A DNA stretch of 46,113 bases from Chrysochromulina tobinii (GCA_001275005.1 JWZX01003247.1:1-46113), one strand, 5' to 3'; counted from the stretch's first letter, positions 9,199 to 20,900 are shown. Made by a program: numbers and translations. Notes: a model not told the origin generated them from the sequence alone.

Positions 9199-12100
9199 TC
9201 AGGACGCCGGCAGCGCAGCGGGCACGCGCACGAGCTCCCGCACGAGCTCGACGAGCTCGCGCTTGAGAAGCGGCACGAGTAGGCCCTCTCGCTCGAGGTG
9301 CATGGGCACGTTGTGATGGAACGTGTCATGCTCAACGACGACGACGGCGCGCCGCCCGCGCACACGCGCCGCCTGGGTCATGTCCTCGAGGTTGCCGCTC
9401 CCAACGTGCACTGCGACGCGGCCGACGCCGGTGCCGTCATTGCCGCTTGTGCCGGTACCGCCATTAGCGGTGCCGCCGCCGCTGGCGTGCTCTCTCGCGT
9501 GCTGCTCGAGCGCGCGGTCGATCGCCTGCGCACACGCATTCTTGGCCGCGTCCGGTACGAAAGAGCCATGCGAACGGCGGAGGTCGACGCGTGGGCCAAA
9601 AGCGAGCACACGCGCCGCCCGGTGCGCGTGCTGCAGCGCAGCGGTGGCGCCCATGGAGGAGCCGAGCATGAGCACACTCTCATACGGCGCTGCGTGCGCG
9701 TCGATGAGGGCGCCGTAGTGGGCGAGGCCCTCCCAGCCGCCGCGCGGGTCCTGCAGGTAGTACGAGTTGGACGGATCCGCCAGATAGAGCACATCGAGCG
9801 GCCCGCCCGCGGCGCGTGCAGCTGCGCACGGAACCTGCCACTGTTGCATGCCCGGCCCCTGCGCCGCGAAGGCGACGAGCAGCACGGGGGCACGATGGCC
9901 GACACACGCGGGCTCAAAGTGGTGGTCGACGAGGGCGAGGCGATCGTTCAACGTGCCTGCAAGCTGTGAAGGGGGCGTGCCGCGATTCCAGCCGAGCCCC
10001 ACGCGCGTGCCAGGCCATTCGAACGCCTCCTTCAAATCGAATTGGTTCGCACCGAGACCGAGGTTGAGAAGGGGCAGGTGGCGCAGCACACGCTCGCGGA
10101 GCTCGGCGAGGTTCGTCAACTCGTTCGCCTGCACGTAGAGGCTCTTGAGCTTCGTCAATTTGCGCAGCGACGTCGGCAGGTCGAGGAGCCGATTGTGGTG
10201 CGCCTCGAGCTTCGTCAATTGCGCGCACTCGCCCAACTCCTCCGGCAATTGACGAAGCTGGTTGCCAAACAGCCAGAGCTCGCGCAATTGACGAAGCTGG
10301 CCGATGGAGCGCGGCAGCTCCGTCAATCGATTGGCCTCAAGGCAGAGCGTCGAGACGTTGGGTAGCGCGGGCAGCAGCTCGGCGACCGACACGATACCGT
10401 TCGAGCCGAGCTGCAGCCGCTTGAGATGGCGCCCCAGGTGCGTCGTCGTGAGCTGCTCGAGCAGTTGCGTCGGCGGCCGCGTCAAAGGCGGCGTCGGCGT
10501 CAGTGTCGGCGCCTGTGGCGGCGTCTGCGTGAGCGGCGATGGCGGATCGTGCAGACGATTGAAGGAGGCCAGCAGGGCGGTCAGCGCACTAGCATGCATC
10601 GGGAGCAGCGGTAGGGAGGTTTGGTCGTTGCCTTCGAGCTCGAGCACAGCGAGATGCGGGGAGGCGAACGCGCCCGTCGTGTCGAGCTCGACACGGCGCG
10701 TTGAGCTCGACACGGCGCCATCGGATGGGAGCTCTCCTTCGTCGCCTCCCTCAGCCGCCCTCGTTCGGCGCTGCTCGTCAGTCTCGTCAGTCTCGTCAAT
10801 CTCGTCAGTCTCGTCAGTCTCGTCAGCCGCCCTCGTTCGGCGCTGTAGGCCCCAGCGCAGGTGCTTGAGCTTCGCGCAGCGCAGGACCACAGGAGGTAGG
10901 GAGGCGAAGGCGTTGTCCTGCAGGCTGAGCACGTGGAGCTGCGGAAGGTCGGCGAGCCAGCACGGGAGCTGTGAAAAGTCATTCGAGCTGAGTAGAAGCT
11001 CGCCCAGCTCGATCAAGTGGCTCAGGTCGTCGGGGAGGGCGCGTAATTGATTCTCGGACGCGTCGAGGACTCGCAGCGCACGCAATCCGCCCAGCGCCTC
11101 GGGGAGCTCGACGAGTGCACGCCGACGCACGGAGAGCGTCGTGAGGGTCGCACTATGCATGCTCCACCAGCCGCGCTCTGTGGGGAGAGGCGAGGGGAGC
11201 GCCGTAGTGGGCAGCTGGGCGCGCGCGAGGGGCTCAACGCCGGTGTGAGGCGTCCCCGCCGTCGTGGGCGCCTCGGGCACATGCCCATCCGCATCTTCGA
11301 ATGCAGTCTCGTCAATCTCGTCAGTCTCGGCCGCCCGCTGCGTCGCGCTCGACACGGCGCTCTCGGTCAGCCCATGAGGCGACCTGAGCGCCGTACCGAG
11401 CGCCGCCTGGTAGCCCGTCAGCGCCGCATCGGCACACGCGAGCGCCGTGGTGGCAGCAGACGCGTCCCCAGCCGCGGCGGCAAAGCGCGCCATCTGCATC
11501 GTCACCAGCGCCGTGTCGAGCAGCTCGCGTGTGGACATCGTACTGAGCGCCGCTTCGCGCAGTGCGTGTCTGTTTGGAAGGCCTTGCGGCACCGCCCCAC
11601 TGCTCCTAATGAGGCAGTCGACCGCTCGGAGAGTGAGAAGCCAATCGCATGCCTCCGCAGCCTCGGCCCACCGCTCCTGCAGACTCCAGACGCCGATCAA
11701 GAGCACGAGCACAGGCGCCGTGGCGGCAGCGGTGGGCAGCTGGGTAAAGGACGCGCCCGGCACAGCGCCCAAGGACGCGCCCGGTACAGCGCCCATGGCA
11801 GAGGAGGCGGGCGGCGGCGGCGCGCCTGGGGTCATGGCGAAGCATGCCGACTGCCTAATTAGGAGTGGCGTGATGCCCAAACGTGCCGCCGCCCGAAGGC
11901 ACAACGCCTCCGCTCGGGACAGCGCGCCCTGACGAAACGCTTCGGTCGCTCTGGGTAGAAGCAACGAAGGCTCCTCCTCTTCCACAGCGCCGTCGCAAGC
12001 GCCCGCATTCACAGCGCCAGCGCCGCCGCTCGTGACGTGGCCCGCATCGTCGTCGGTCCTCGGTGGTTCGTCATCTGCTCGGGACGGCGCGCGTGCCTCG

Positions 12101-15100
12101 GCTCCCGCGCCCGCGGCAGCTCCCGCGCCCGAAGCGGCGCGCTTGAGCAGCAGCAAGAGCGCCGCCGCGAGCGCCGGGACGGTCGTGTGTTCATAGATCA
12201 GGTTGAGAGGGAGTGTGAGGGATGTGCATGCATCGAGCGCCTCGCGCAATCTGGCGGCCGAGATCGACGAGAGGCCCGCGTCGAAGAGGTCGTCCTCCTC
12301 GCTCACCTGATGAGGGACGCAATCAGCATGCACTCAGAGATGCACTCAGAGATGCACTCAGAGGTCGTCCTCCTCGCTCACCTGATGGAGGACGCAATCG
12401 GCATGCACTCAGGAGTCCTCTCACCGCCTCGCCGCTCGCCTCGAGCATGGCGCCGATCACCAACTGTTGACATTCAGCGAAGCTCCAGCCCGGGGAGCGA
12501 GCGCCCACGACGGCGCCACGTCCAGATCTACCCGAGATCGGCGCGCCCGCAGAGGGGAAGGACGGCGTCGCCGCCGCCGCCGTCGACGCCGCCGTCGCCG
12601 CCGCTGCCGCCGCCGCCACTGCTGCCTTCCCCTCCGTCGCCTCCGCCTCCGCCTCCGCCTCCGCCTCCTCTCCCTCCTCTCCCACCTCCGCAGCTGCTGA
12701 GCGCTGTCGTGGGCGTCTCACAGCCGCCTTCCGAGCCTCCGCGCGCCTCGCCGCATCGAATGCATGCGCCTTCCGAGCCTCCGCGCGCCTCGCCGCCTCA
12801 TGCTCCAACGGCTGCTTCACACGCAAGTCCAGTGTGAGCATGGGCGTCCCAGTGCGCAGGCTTGGCAGTTGGAACGCTTCGGCCAGCCCGATCCGTAGCG
12901 GTTTACCGGTCGGTCCACGTGGCAGCGAGGGGAGCATCAGGAGCATCTCGGGCAGCCACCGACGCGAGAGCAGGCCGTTCGAGCCCGCGGCGCGCCGGAT
13001 CCGATGAGAGGGGTCATCAGAGCGGTCATCAGAGAGGTCATCAGAGGTATCATCAGACGTATCATCAGATCCGGGACCATTAGAGATGGAGCGTACCTGG
13101 GCGAGCGTCACCGTCCGCCCCGACTCGCATACGACCGCCACGCCCACCGCCTCGCCCAGCTCCTCGTGCGGCGCGGCGAAGGCGAGCACCTCGCGCACCC
13201 AACCGTACAGCTCGCCCGCGGGCCGTCGCGCCGTGCCGGGCGCCGTGCCGGGCGCCGTGCCGGGCGCCGTGTCGGGCGCCGTGGTGGGCGCCGTACCGAG
13301 CGGCGCGGTGGGCGGCTCGTCGGGCGCCTCGGGCCCGATGCATGCGGCGAGCAGCGCGTGCTCGACCGCGAGCGGCGAGATCTTCTCGCCCGCGCGGTTG
13401 ATGACCTGATGACGGGGGCAATCCGCAATCAGATGACCTGAGTACGTAATCAGCAATCCGCAATCATACGCAATCAGATGAGTGGGGGGGGGGGCACTCA
13501 GAGTGGCTCAGCGACCAGAGCAGCAGCAGCAGCGAGGCACTCAGAGGCAATCCGCTGATGACCTCCTTGAAGCGGCCGGTGAGATGCAGGTGGCCTTCCG
13601 AGTCGAGCCACCCCTTATCTCCTGTCCGGAGCCAGCCGCCCGGATAGAATGCTTCCAAATTTGGGTCGTATCCGAGATGAGCCCGAGGCTCGTAACCACC
13701 AAAGACGCACGCGCCGCGCACGAGGACCTCACCTTCCACTCCCGGAGCGCCTTCCAAATTAAGGAGGCCGGGGCTCCCATCGGAGCTGTACGAGCTCACG
13801 CCCACCTCGGGCCCGGCCGCGGGGCCGACGGAGGCGAGCTTGCGTCGGGTGCGCTCGCGCGGGTTGGCACAGATGGGCAGGGCTTCGGTCATCGCGTAGG
13901 TCGGGAGCACGAGCGCACCTGATGAGGCAGGCAATCAGAGGGACTCAGCGGCCATCCGACGCCATCCGACGCGAAATCCGACGCAATCAGGGGCGCACCG
14001 GGCAGCGCTTCCTCGAGCTGCTCCCCAATGGATGGAGCGAGAGCGGCGGAGCAATTGCGGATAAAGGCGAGTTGGTGAGAGGGAGGCATGCCGGTCGAGG
14101 CACGCACGCTCAGAGCGTAGCGGAGCACCTCCATGTGGATGGTCGGCACGGCGCTGTACCAGGTAGGCGCCGTCGTGGGCGCGCCCAGCAGCGCCTCCGC
14201 CGTGTCCGCTGCCGGCGCTCGGCTCGGCTGTGTCGGCCTTAGGCCAAGGCATGCAAAGAATTGGGCGGCCTCGAATCGGGGCAGGCAGAGCACCGGCGCC
14301 CCGGCCAGCGCCGTGACGAGCACATTGACCATGAGTCCGTGCAGGTGGAAGAGCGGCATCACATTGAGAGCGAGGGTGGTGCGGTCGAGTCGGAGGGTCG
14401 AGCGTACGCAGAGCGCGCCGACCCCCATGGAGGCATGGGTGAGAGGGACCACCTTGGACGGAGGGAGATCGGAGGGAGATCGGAGGACGATGAGGGAGAT
14501 CGGGCGGAGATGAGGGAGATCAGGCGGAGATCGGGCGAAGAGGGAGGTGATCAGAGGGAGATGATCAGAGGGAGGTCAGAGGGAGATTGATCAGATGAGG
14601 GGGGCACCTTTGGACGACGCGTCGTGCCACTCGTGTGCATCACGAGCGCGATCGCCTCACGCCCAGGACGACGCCCCGCAGCCGCAATCGATCCGGAGGC
14701 GGTGCTGGCAGAGGCGCGAACAGCACGCTCGACGGCCGCGGAGGTTGCACACGTCAAGGTGAAGGCTCCGCATAGTCGCAAGTCCGGATGAAGGACCAGT
14801 AACTGCAGCCCCAGCCGCGGCACTGCCACCCTGGCTGCCGCCGAGTGACGGCCCGCTGGCACGATCAGCGCAGCGGCTGGTAGATCCTGAGGGCATCGCG
14901 GAGCGATCAGAAGCGGTCGGAGAGGAGCATCATCAGACGCAATCAGACGCAATCAGAGGGCAGGTGCTGAGGGTGCCGACGTAATCTGAAGCCATCCGAC
15001 GCAATCTGAGTCAATCTCCCACCTCGAGCTCAAAGAGGGTTTCGGCGTCGGAGAGGTCGGGGTTGAGAGGCGCGAGGGGTAGCAGTGAGCTGAGCGCGAG

Positions 15101-16570
15101 AAAGCACGCGGCCAGCTCGGGGGAGGATGGCAATGAAGTCGCCACGCGCTCGTGCGGCAGGAGGTACGCGCTGTGTCTGGCACGCGACGATGCGATGTCG
15201 TCGTCGTCGTCGTCACCCTCCTCACCCGCCCGACACGGCGCCTCCCCATCCCCTCCCCTAAACCACTCGCCCCCTCCAAGCAATTGTTCACCGAGCCGAC
15301 GCGAGAGTTCACGCAGCGCACGGAAGCTCAAGGGCGCACGCGCATCTCCGCACGCCGAGGCGGGACAAAAGGCAGAGCCCTCATCCGACGGCATCAGATC
15401 GAGAAGACGACTAAAGGCGAACTTCTCGGCGGCGGCGGCGGCGCTCAGAGGCGCTGTAGTGGGCGCTGTGGTGGGCGCTGTGGTGGGCGCTGTGGTGGGC
15501 GCTGTGGCGGCGGCGGCGGCGGCGCTCAGAGGCGCTGGCGGCGGCGGCGGCGGCGGCGGCTGCGGCTGTGGCGGCGGCGGCGCTCCTGACTGCAGCGCCG
15601 CTGCCGTCGGCGGCGGCGTCACGACGTCGCTGCCCACCTTGACGCCGCCGCCCACCTCCCAATGGTCTCCCGGGCAGAGCACGCGTCGGATGGTCAATGA
15701 GACTCGTCGACCACGCACGAGACGGCGCCGCGCCGTCTCGGGCGCAACATGCTCGGGGAGCGCCGTCTCGGGCGCCATCTCGGCCACCGCCTCGGGCGCC
15801 ACCTCGTCCGTCGCCTCGGCCAACGCGCCGTCGGCACCCCGACCGCCGAGCCAGAGCGACGCGCTCATGTCATCCTCGGTGGCTCTCGAGACGCTATGGA
15901 GCGCGTGCGCGTACGCGTCGCCCTCGAAGACGAGCAGTCCACGCCGCGGGAGGAGCAGCGAAGCCAACGGCCGTCGGACGATCACGTCCGAGGACGTGTC
16001 CTCTTCGAGGAACTCAAAGGCCGTGTGGGATCCGAGGCTCAGGATGGCCACGCGTGCCGCGTACAGGGGACCGTCCTTGTGCGCGTCGATGCCCTGCCCC
16101 GGCTGGTACTCGTTGAGGAGCACGTGATTGGGCGGCGAGTCCTCGGGGAAGACGCCCGCGCGCACGAGCTGCTCGCACACGCTCTGCACCCACGCCGGCA
16201 GCGGCTCGTGCACCATCGGCATGGCTGGCTGGCCGCCAAACATTTGCAGCCGTCGGCCGCGAAGCGTCGTCCAGCCGTCAGGCGGCGCACTATCGGCACA
16301 GCGAAGCAACTCTGCTTCCTCCTCGCTGCTGACCCACTCGCGCACGTGCGCGACGCCACCGATGCCACAGCGCACCGTGTGCGCTCGAGGGTCAAAGAGC
16401 TGCCGGTCTGGCCGTGCTGGCAGCAGGTAGTGGTGGAGTGGTGCGGCAGCGCCGCTTTGGTGGACTGGCGGCGATACAGGTGCTTCTGCGGCGGCCGGTT
16501 TCGCGCCAGTTGGGGCGGCTGCGGCGCGCGCCTTGGCCTTCTCGGCCTTTAGGAGCGCCGCGAAGTCCAT
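9199..16570 (-). CDS. NRPS-like multidomain protein of about 2200-2240 aa: ALKBH6-like 2OG-Fe(II) oxygenase, AAE3/Pcs60-like adenylation domain, phosphopantetheine carrier domain, helical region, LRRs, alpha/beta-hydrolase; exons 16570-15023, 14886-14608, 14452-13999, 13918-13563, 13405-12425, 12306-9199
   Basis: Oxygenase: NHVLLNEY..HKDGPLY..H..RVSLTIRRV. Adenylation: HTSGTTRRPK, MPLFHLHGL, TWYSAVPTIH, YAMTEA, RTGD, INRAGEKISP, PTGK. Carrier: DLFDAGLSSISA..LIYEHTTV. LRR: LxxLxLxxNxLxxLP. Hydrolase: LGSSMGA. Five GT-AG introns join all pieces in frame (6726 nt). Confidence 0.8.
12307..12424 (-). other. GT-AG intron (118 bp, phase 0) with an internal second AG|GT junction at 12382/12381
   Basis: GCG|GTGAGAGG...CCCTCATCAG|GTGAGCGAGG; restores the carrier domain EASGEA|VSEEDDLFDAGLSS. 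Confidence 0.85.
13406..13562 (-). other. GT-AG intron (157 bp, phase 0)
   Basis: GAG|GTCATCAG...CGTCATCAG|GTCATCAA; restores TGRFKE|VINRAGEKISP. Confidence 0.92.
13919..13998 (-). other. GT-AG intron (80 bp, phase 1)
   Basis: G|GTGCGCCC...GCCTCATCAG|GTGCGCTC; restores EEALPG-ALVLPTYAMTEA. Confidence 0.9.
14453..14607 (-). other. GT-AG intron (155 bp, phase 0) made of gatctccctc repeats
   Basis: CGTCCAAAG|GTGCCC...CGTCCAAG|GTGGTC; restores TSGTTRRPK|VVPLTH. Confidence 0.9.
14887..15022 (-). other. GT-AG intron (136 bp, phase 0)
   Basis: GAG|GTGGG...GCCCTCAG|GATCTA; gattgcgtc repeats; restores LFELE|DLPAAALIV of the adenylation domain. Confidence 0.85.
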
Positions 16571-16746
16571 GAAAGCGCTCACCGCAGCGCTTTTCGATGC
16601 GCGAAAGCGCTCATTTCTCAAGCACATCCCTGACAGCCGGTACCGAACTCTCGGCCACTGAACACGGCATGCAACCGTTGCCCGTGCACGAGCATGCAAA
16701 CCGCGAAACATCAATCGAACAAAAGTTGACCGGACACGACCCTTAC

Positions 16747-17550
16747 ATGACAACCGCGCTAGCCGCGCCTTCAACGATTGGTGTGCCCTGCGTCTCGATG
16801 GTAGGCACAGACTCGCCGGAACCCTTGGGTCTGGCTGGGCCGTCTCCGGCGCTCGCAGAGGAGGGTCCGGCGCCAATAGACATGAGGTGCGATATTGCGC
16901 TACCCGCGAGTGTGGACGAGTCCGCGGGCGCGAGGCTGCTGTCAGCACAGTCTGCAAGCTCGGCTGAAGCTTCTGTCCCGGCCGCTGCTACCAAGGTGCA
17001 GCATTCTTCAAGTTTGTCAAGGAACATGCCCCGCGGACCGTGGCACGCAGGTCTTCTGAATCCGCACTCCTCCATGAAGTGGATTCCAGGCCGCTCGCAC
17101 TTGGTCGGCGTCTCGTGCTTCTTCTATCTGTTGCCCGCCCTGTGGGGACTCTGCCCACTGTTTCTTATCCAGGTGCTGTGTTCGCTCATGAGCGATTACA
17201 TCATGACCGGCAAGGACAGCAGGTGGCACCCGGCAGATCGCTGTGTGGCGTCGTTCAACGTGCTTTACGTCACGGCGATCGCGTTCGCGCACATTTCGTG
17301 GTGGGAAGTAGTCATTCTGGATGTGGTGTGCCTCAGTTTCTACTCCGCCTCGGTCGCATCCTTGCGCAACAAGGACTATCCGCGATACGTGATCATGCAC
17401 TCGCTATGGCATCTGACGGGAGGACTTGCTGGCGCGTATCTGACCGCGCACGCGTGCGATTTCTCGTTTGGCTCGCTGTGCCGGCCGCGAGCGACAACGG
17501 GGCTTTACTGCGGATGCGGGCCCGCACTGGTAGCATCTCATCCATGGTAG
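16747..17550 (+). CDS. Small multi-pass membrane protein, possibly CREST-superfamily-like hydrolase; start uncertain (16747 or 17026)
   Basis: About 5 hydrophobic segments; SLMSDY..WHPADR and MHSLWHL (HxxWH) motifs. Confidence 0.5.
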   Translation: MTTALAAPSTIGVPCVSMVGTDSPEPLGLAGPSPALAEEGPAPIDMRCDIALPASVDESAGARLLSAQSASSAEASVPAAATKVQHSSSLSRNMPRGPWHAGLLNPHSSMKWIPGRSHLVGVSCFFYLLPALWGLCPLFLIQVLCSLMSDYIMTGKDSRWHPADRCVASFNVLYVTAIAFAHISWWEVVILDVVCLSFYSASVASLRNKDYPRYVIMHSLWHLTGGLAGAYLTAHACDFSFGSLCRPRATTGLYCGCGPALVASHPW

Positions 17551-17994
17551 CTTCTCATCCATGGTAGCAGCGGCTGGCATTCCGCCTCGTCGCGCTCCGC
17601 TGTGTGAGCCCGCGTGCGGCCGCACTTGAATTGTTGAATATGTATTCGAATTCAGACCACGCGGATGGGAAGTCGTCGCGCTGCTCGTTGAGTGCGGTGT
17701 ACTCTGTACAGCTGTAGAACGCGGCATCTACCTTGCTTCCTTGGAGCCATGCTTTGACCTCGAGGCTTCGCGGCTTGGTTGAGCTACCTTTGTATCCGAT
17801 CACGAGAGTATCGGCCTGGGAGCGGAGGCCCGCCGGTGCGTCGGGTTTGACCCATCCGCCACTGCGCGACATGTAGACTGACATGTAATGTCAGTCCGTG
17901 TAATGTTAGATGTTATAATCGTTTATCGTTACCAATTTGAATGGCTCTTTATAGCGAATCTCCCTGAGTGCACTACAGCTGTATCTTCGAGGTC

Positions 17995-20900
17995 TCAACC
18001 GACAATGAGCGGCGGCAGCGGCGCGATGGGCCGCGGCACCTGCGGCAAGCCGGCGATGAACGAGCAGGGATCGCTCACTTGCGTGGCCGCTGGATCATTC
18101 ATCGTGCAGAGAGGGGACGACGCGACGCTAGGTGCCGCGCCCTTGACCCCGCCGCCGCCACCGCCCTTAAAGCGTCCGGATCGGCGACCGACGGTAGCCG
18201 TTGCCGCCGTTGCCGCCGTTGCCGCCGTTGCCGCCGTTGCCGTTGCCGCCGTGTCCGCCGCCGTCTCCGTCGCCACCGGCGCCGTCCCGGGCGCAATCGC
18301 CACCACGAGCCGTTTCGCCGTCTGCGGGCTGAGGAAGCTCTCTCGCAGCCATCGCACGAGCAGCTGCTGTGACGTGGCGCGCATAGCCTCCGCCTCCTCC
18401 TCGGCGCGTCGAAAGGCGTAGCTCTGCCCGTCGATCTCGGACCAGTAGCGCATGGCCTCGTCCTCGATGCTCTTGTCATCGAGCAGCCGATTATCAATCG
18501 CCGCCTGCTGGTTGGACCGGTACTCCGCGGCGGGCATCTTGGCCAGCGTGGCCACGTACCTGATGAGGGAGCTCATCAGAGCTCATGAGTGGTCATCACA
18601 GGCAATCATCGAAGGCAATCAGTCGTACTCCGCATGGGGTAGGCTTACCCTTCAAGGAACCGATACACACGCGCCTCGATGTCGGCGGGTGCGTGCGTGG
18701 CCGACACGACGGAGATCAAAAAGCCGAGGCAACCGTTGGTATGGCGCACTTCGCCACTCACGCTGTAGCCGAGCTGCTGCTTCGTGCGCAGCGTATCGAA
18801 GAGGGGTGTCCACATGAGATGCTCGAGCAAAGAGAGCTTGGCAGCGAGCGCTCTCGAGTCGGGGCCCAGCTGCCAGTACAGATCGAGGGCGCAGTTCTGG
18901 TCCTCCGGGTTGCGGTTGGGTGCGCGTCGCACGAGCAGCCCGCCCGCAGGCAGCGCTGCACAGCCCTCCCATCTGGGGCTGGGCGTTGGGGGGGGCTCGC
19001 CGAGTGCGCGCCCGACGAGGTCGAACAGGGAGCGCACCTCAGAGCGAGCGAGGTTGCCGCCAGCGTACAGGGTGATGAAGGCGCCCCCGCCCTCGCCAAG
19101 CAAATCCCCGCCGCCCTCGCCCTTCGACGCGCCCTTCGCCCCGCCGAGCTGAGCGCCGACAAATGCGGCGAGCGATTCCGGCGTCACCTCGCCCGCACTG
19201 AGGACCGCAAGCCGGTCGGCCGCAGACACGTGCGTCGGGTCGAGGCAGCGCAGCCGCTCGTTGTACGCCAGCTCCGACGGAGCGAAGCCCGCGTTTCGCA
19301 GCGCGAGCTGATAGTCGTTGAGGACGCGTGCGAGTGTGGGCGCATCGCACGGGCGGCTCGCCACTGCATAGAGCTCGGTGCACACGCGCTCGAGCAGATG
19401 GCCAAGCTTGTGGGAGAAGCCGTCCACCTGCAGTTGCCATCCGAGCTCCGACGGAGAGAGATCGTAAGCGAGCCCCGCAACGGTCGCTGCATACGCGTCG
19501 GTGTTCATGCGCTCGAGGGTCACTTTGGCGGCGACCTCACGCATCACTCGCATGCGCGCCCGAGTCCTCGCCATCTCGGAGAGCTCGGAGGCGGAGAGAG
19601 TGCCCGTGCTGCCGGTGCTGCCGGTGCGGCTGACCGTAGAGGGGCGTGCGGTGTTGATGGAGACGCACACGATCGCCTTTGGCGTCGCAAAGGTCGTATC
19701 GGTCTTGTGGAACGCGAGGCCACGTGTCGACGAGTGCACTAGCTCTGGAGGTGTACGAGCCGGCCGAGCCGCCGCCGCCGCCACCGATGCGACAGCCAGG
19801 GCCGCACCCCGCGTCACCTCAGCGGCCGGCATTGGTCGTTGGGTCTCGCCACCATGGCGCAGTGTAAAGTCGGTCGCGATGTATTCGTTGCGCGGCGGCA
19901 GCTCAAAGGGTGTGGAGAGCGGCTCCGAGGGCCGTCCCTCATACGCTTCCCACCAGCGAGCCAGCTGTGCCGAGTTCACAGGCTTCACTGTGAACTCGGT
20001 CCCGAACCAAGGCTCAAGCTGCCACGTGTCACTCTCGCCCTCGGAGGGCGCACCGACCAGCGCCGATGCCTGCTCTTCGGCGACCCCGCCCTCGGCCTTG
20101 AGGCCCTCGCCTGAATCGCCCTCCGCCTTGTACGAGACGGTGACCACGAGCCTGTCGGGCGTGAGGCCACCGAGGAGCTCTCGCAGCCGCGTCGGCTCCC
20201 AATTGGGGCTGTACAGAGCCTCGGCGGAGAGGGTCTCATCGGGTGGCAGCCGCCGAAGCAGCGAGATTGCGAGCCGGCGCACCGCGTCGATCTCCCTCTC
20301 TTGCTCCGCGTACGCGAAGCGCATCTGCGCAATGTCGCGCAGCTCGTCATACACTCCTTGTAGCCGTTCGGTCGGCTCGCGTGACAGGTGGCCGACGGCG
20401 CCGAGGACGAGGTCGAGCACACGGTCGACGCGATCGAGCCCACGGGAAGTGAGCTCCACCTCGAGATCGAAGAGCGCGGCATTGCTCGTGTGCATCTCCT
20501 CATCGACCCCCGCCGCCAGCCCCGTCGCCAACCCTTCCAGCTTGAGCGCCTCCAGGGCCGAGCCTTTGCCCTCGTGCCCAAGCAGATGGCCGACCAGCAC
20601 CTCCGGCTTGGTGCCGTACGCGTTGAGCAAACTCGGAACGAACCAGTTGAGTTTGAGGGTACGCCCCTCGCGAAGTGGGACTGAGCGCACCCAGAGCGGT
20701 GGCTTCCAGCCGGCTACCGCCGCCGCCGCCGCCGCCGCACCCCCGCTCGCATCGCCTCCTCCGCGCTCGCCACCTTCGCGCTCGCCACCTTCGCGCTCGC
20801 GTGCACCGCGCTCGCCAGCTCCGTCGTCGCCCAATCCTCCCAATGGAAGCGGCGCGCGCGCAAACGACGGGCGGGCTACCGGCTGCGAGGGTAGCCGCGC

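Noticed and set aside
16571..16957. N-terminal extension of the 648-aa ORF upstream of MDFAALL
   Set aside because: Non-ATG start, non-coding-like composition and overlap with the divergent plus-strand gene.
17555..17884. 109-aa minus-strand ORF downstream of the M16A gene
   Set aside because: No recognisable motif, lies where the 3' UTRs should be and overlaps a 17-bp tandem duplication at its end; cannot be supported, though not excluded.
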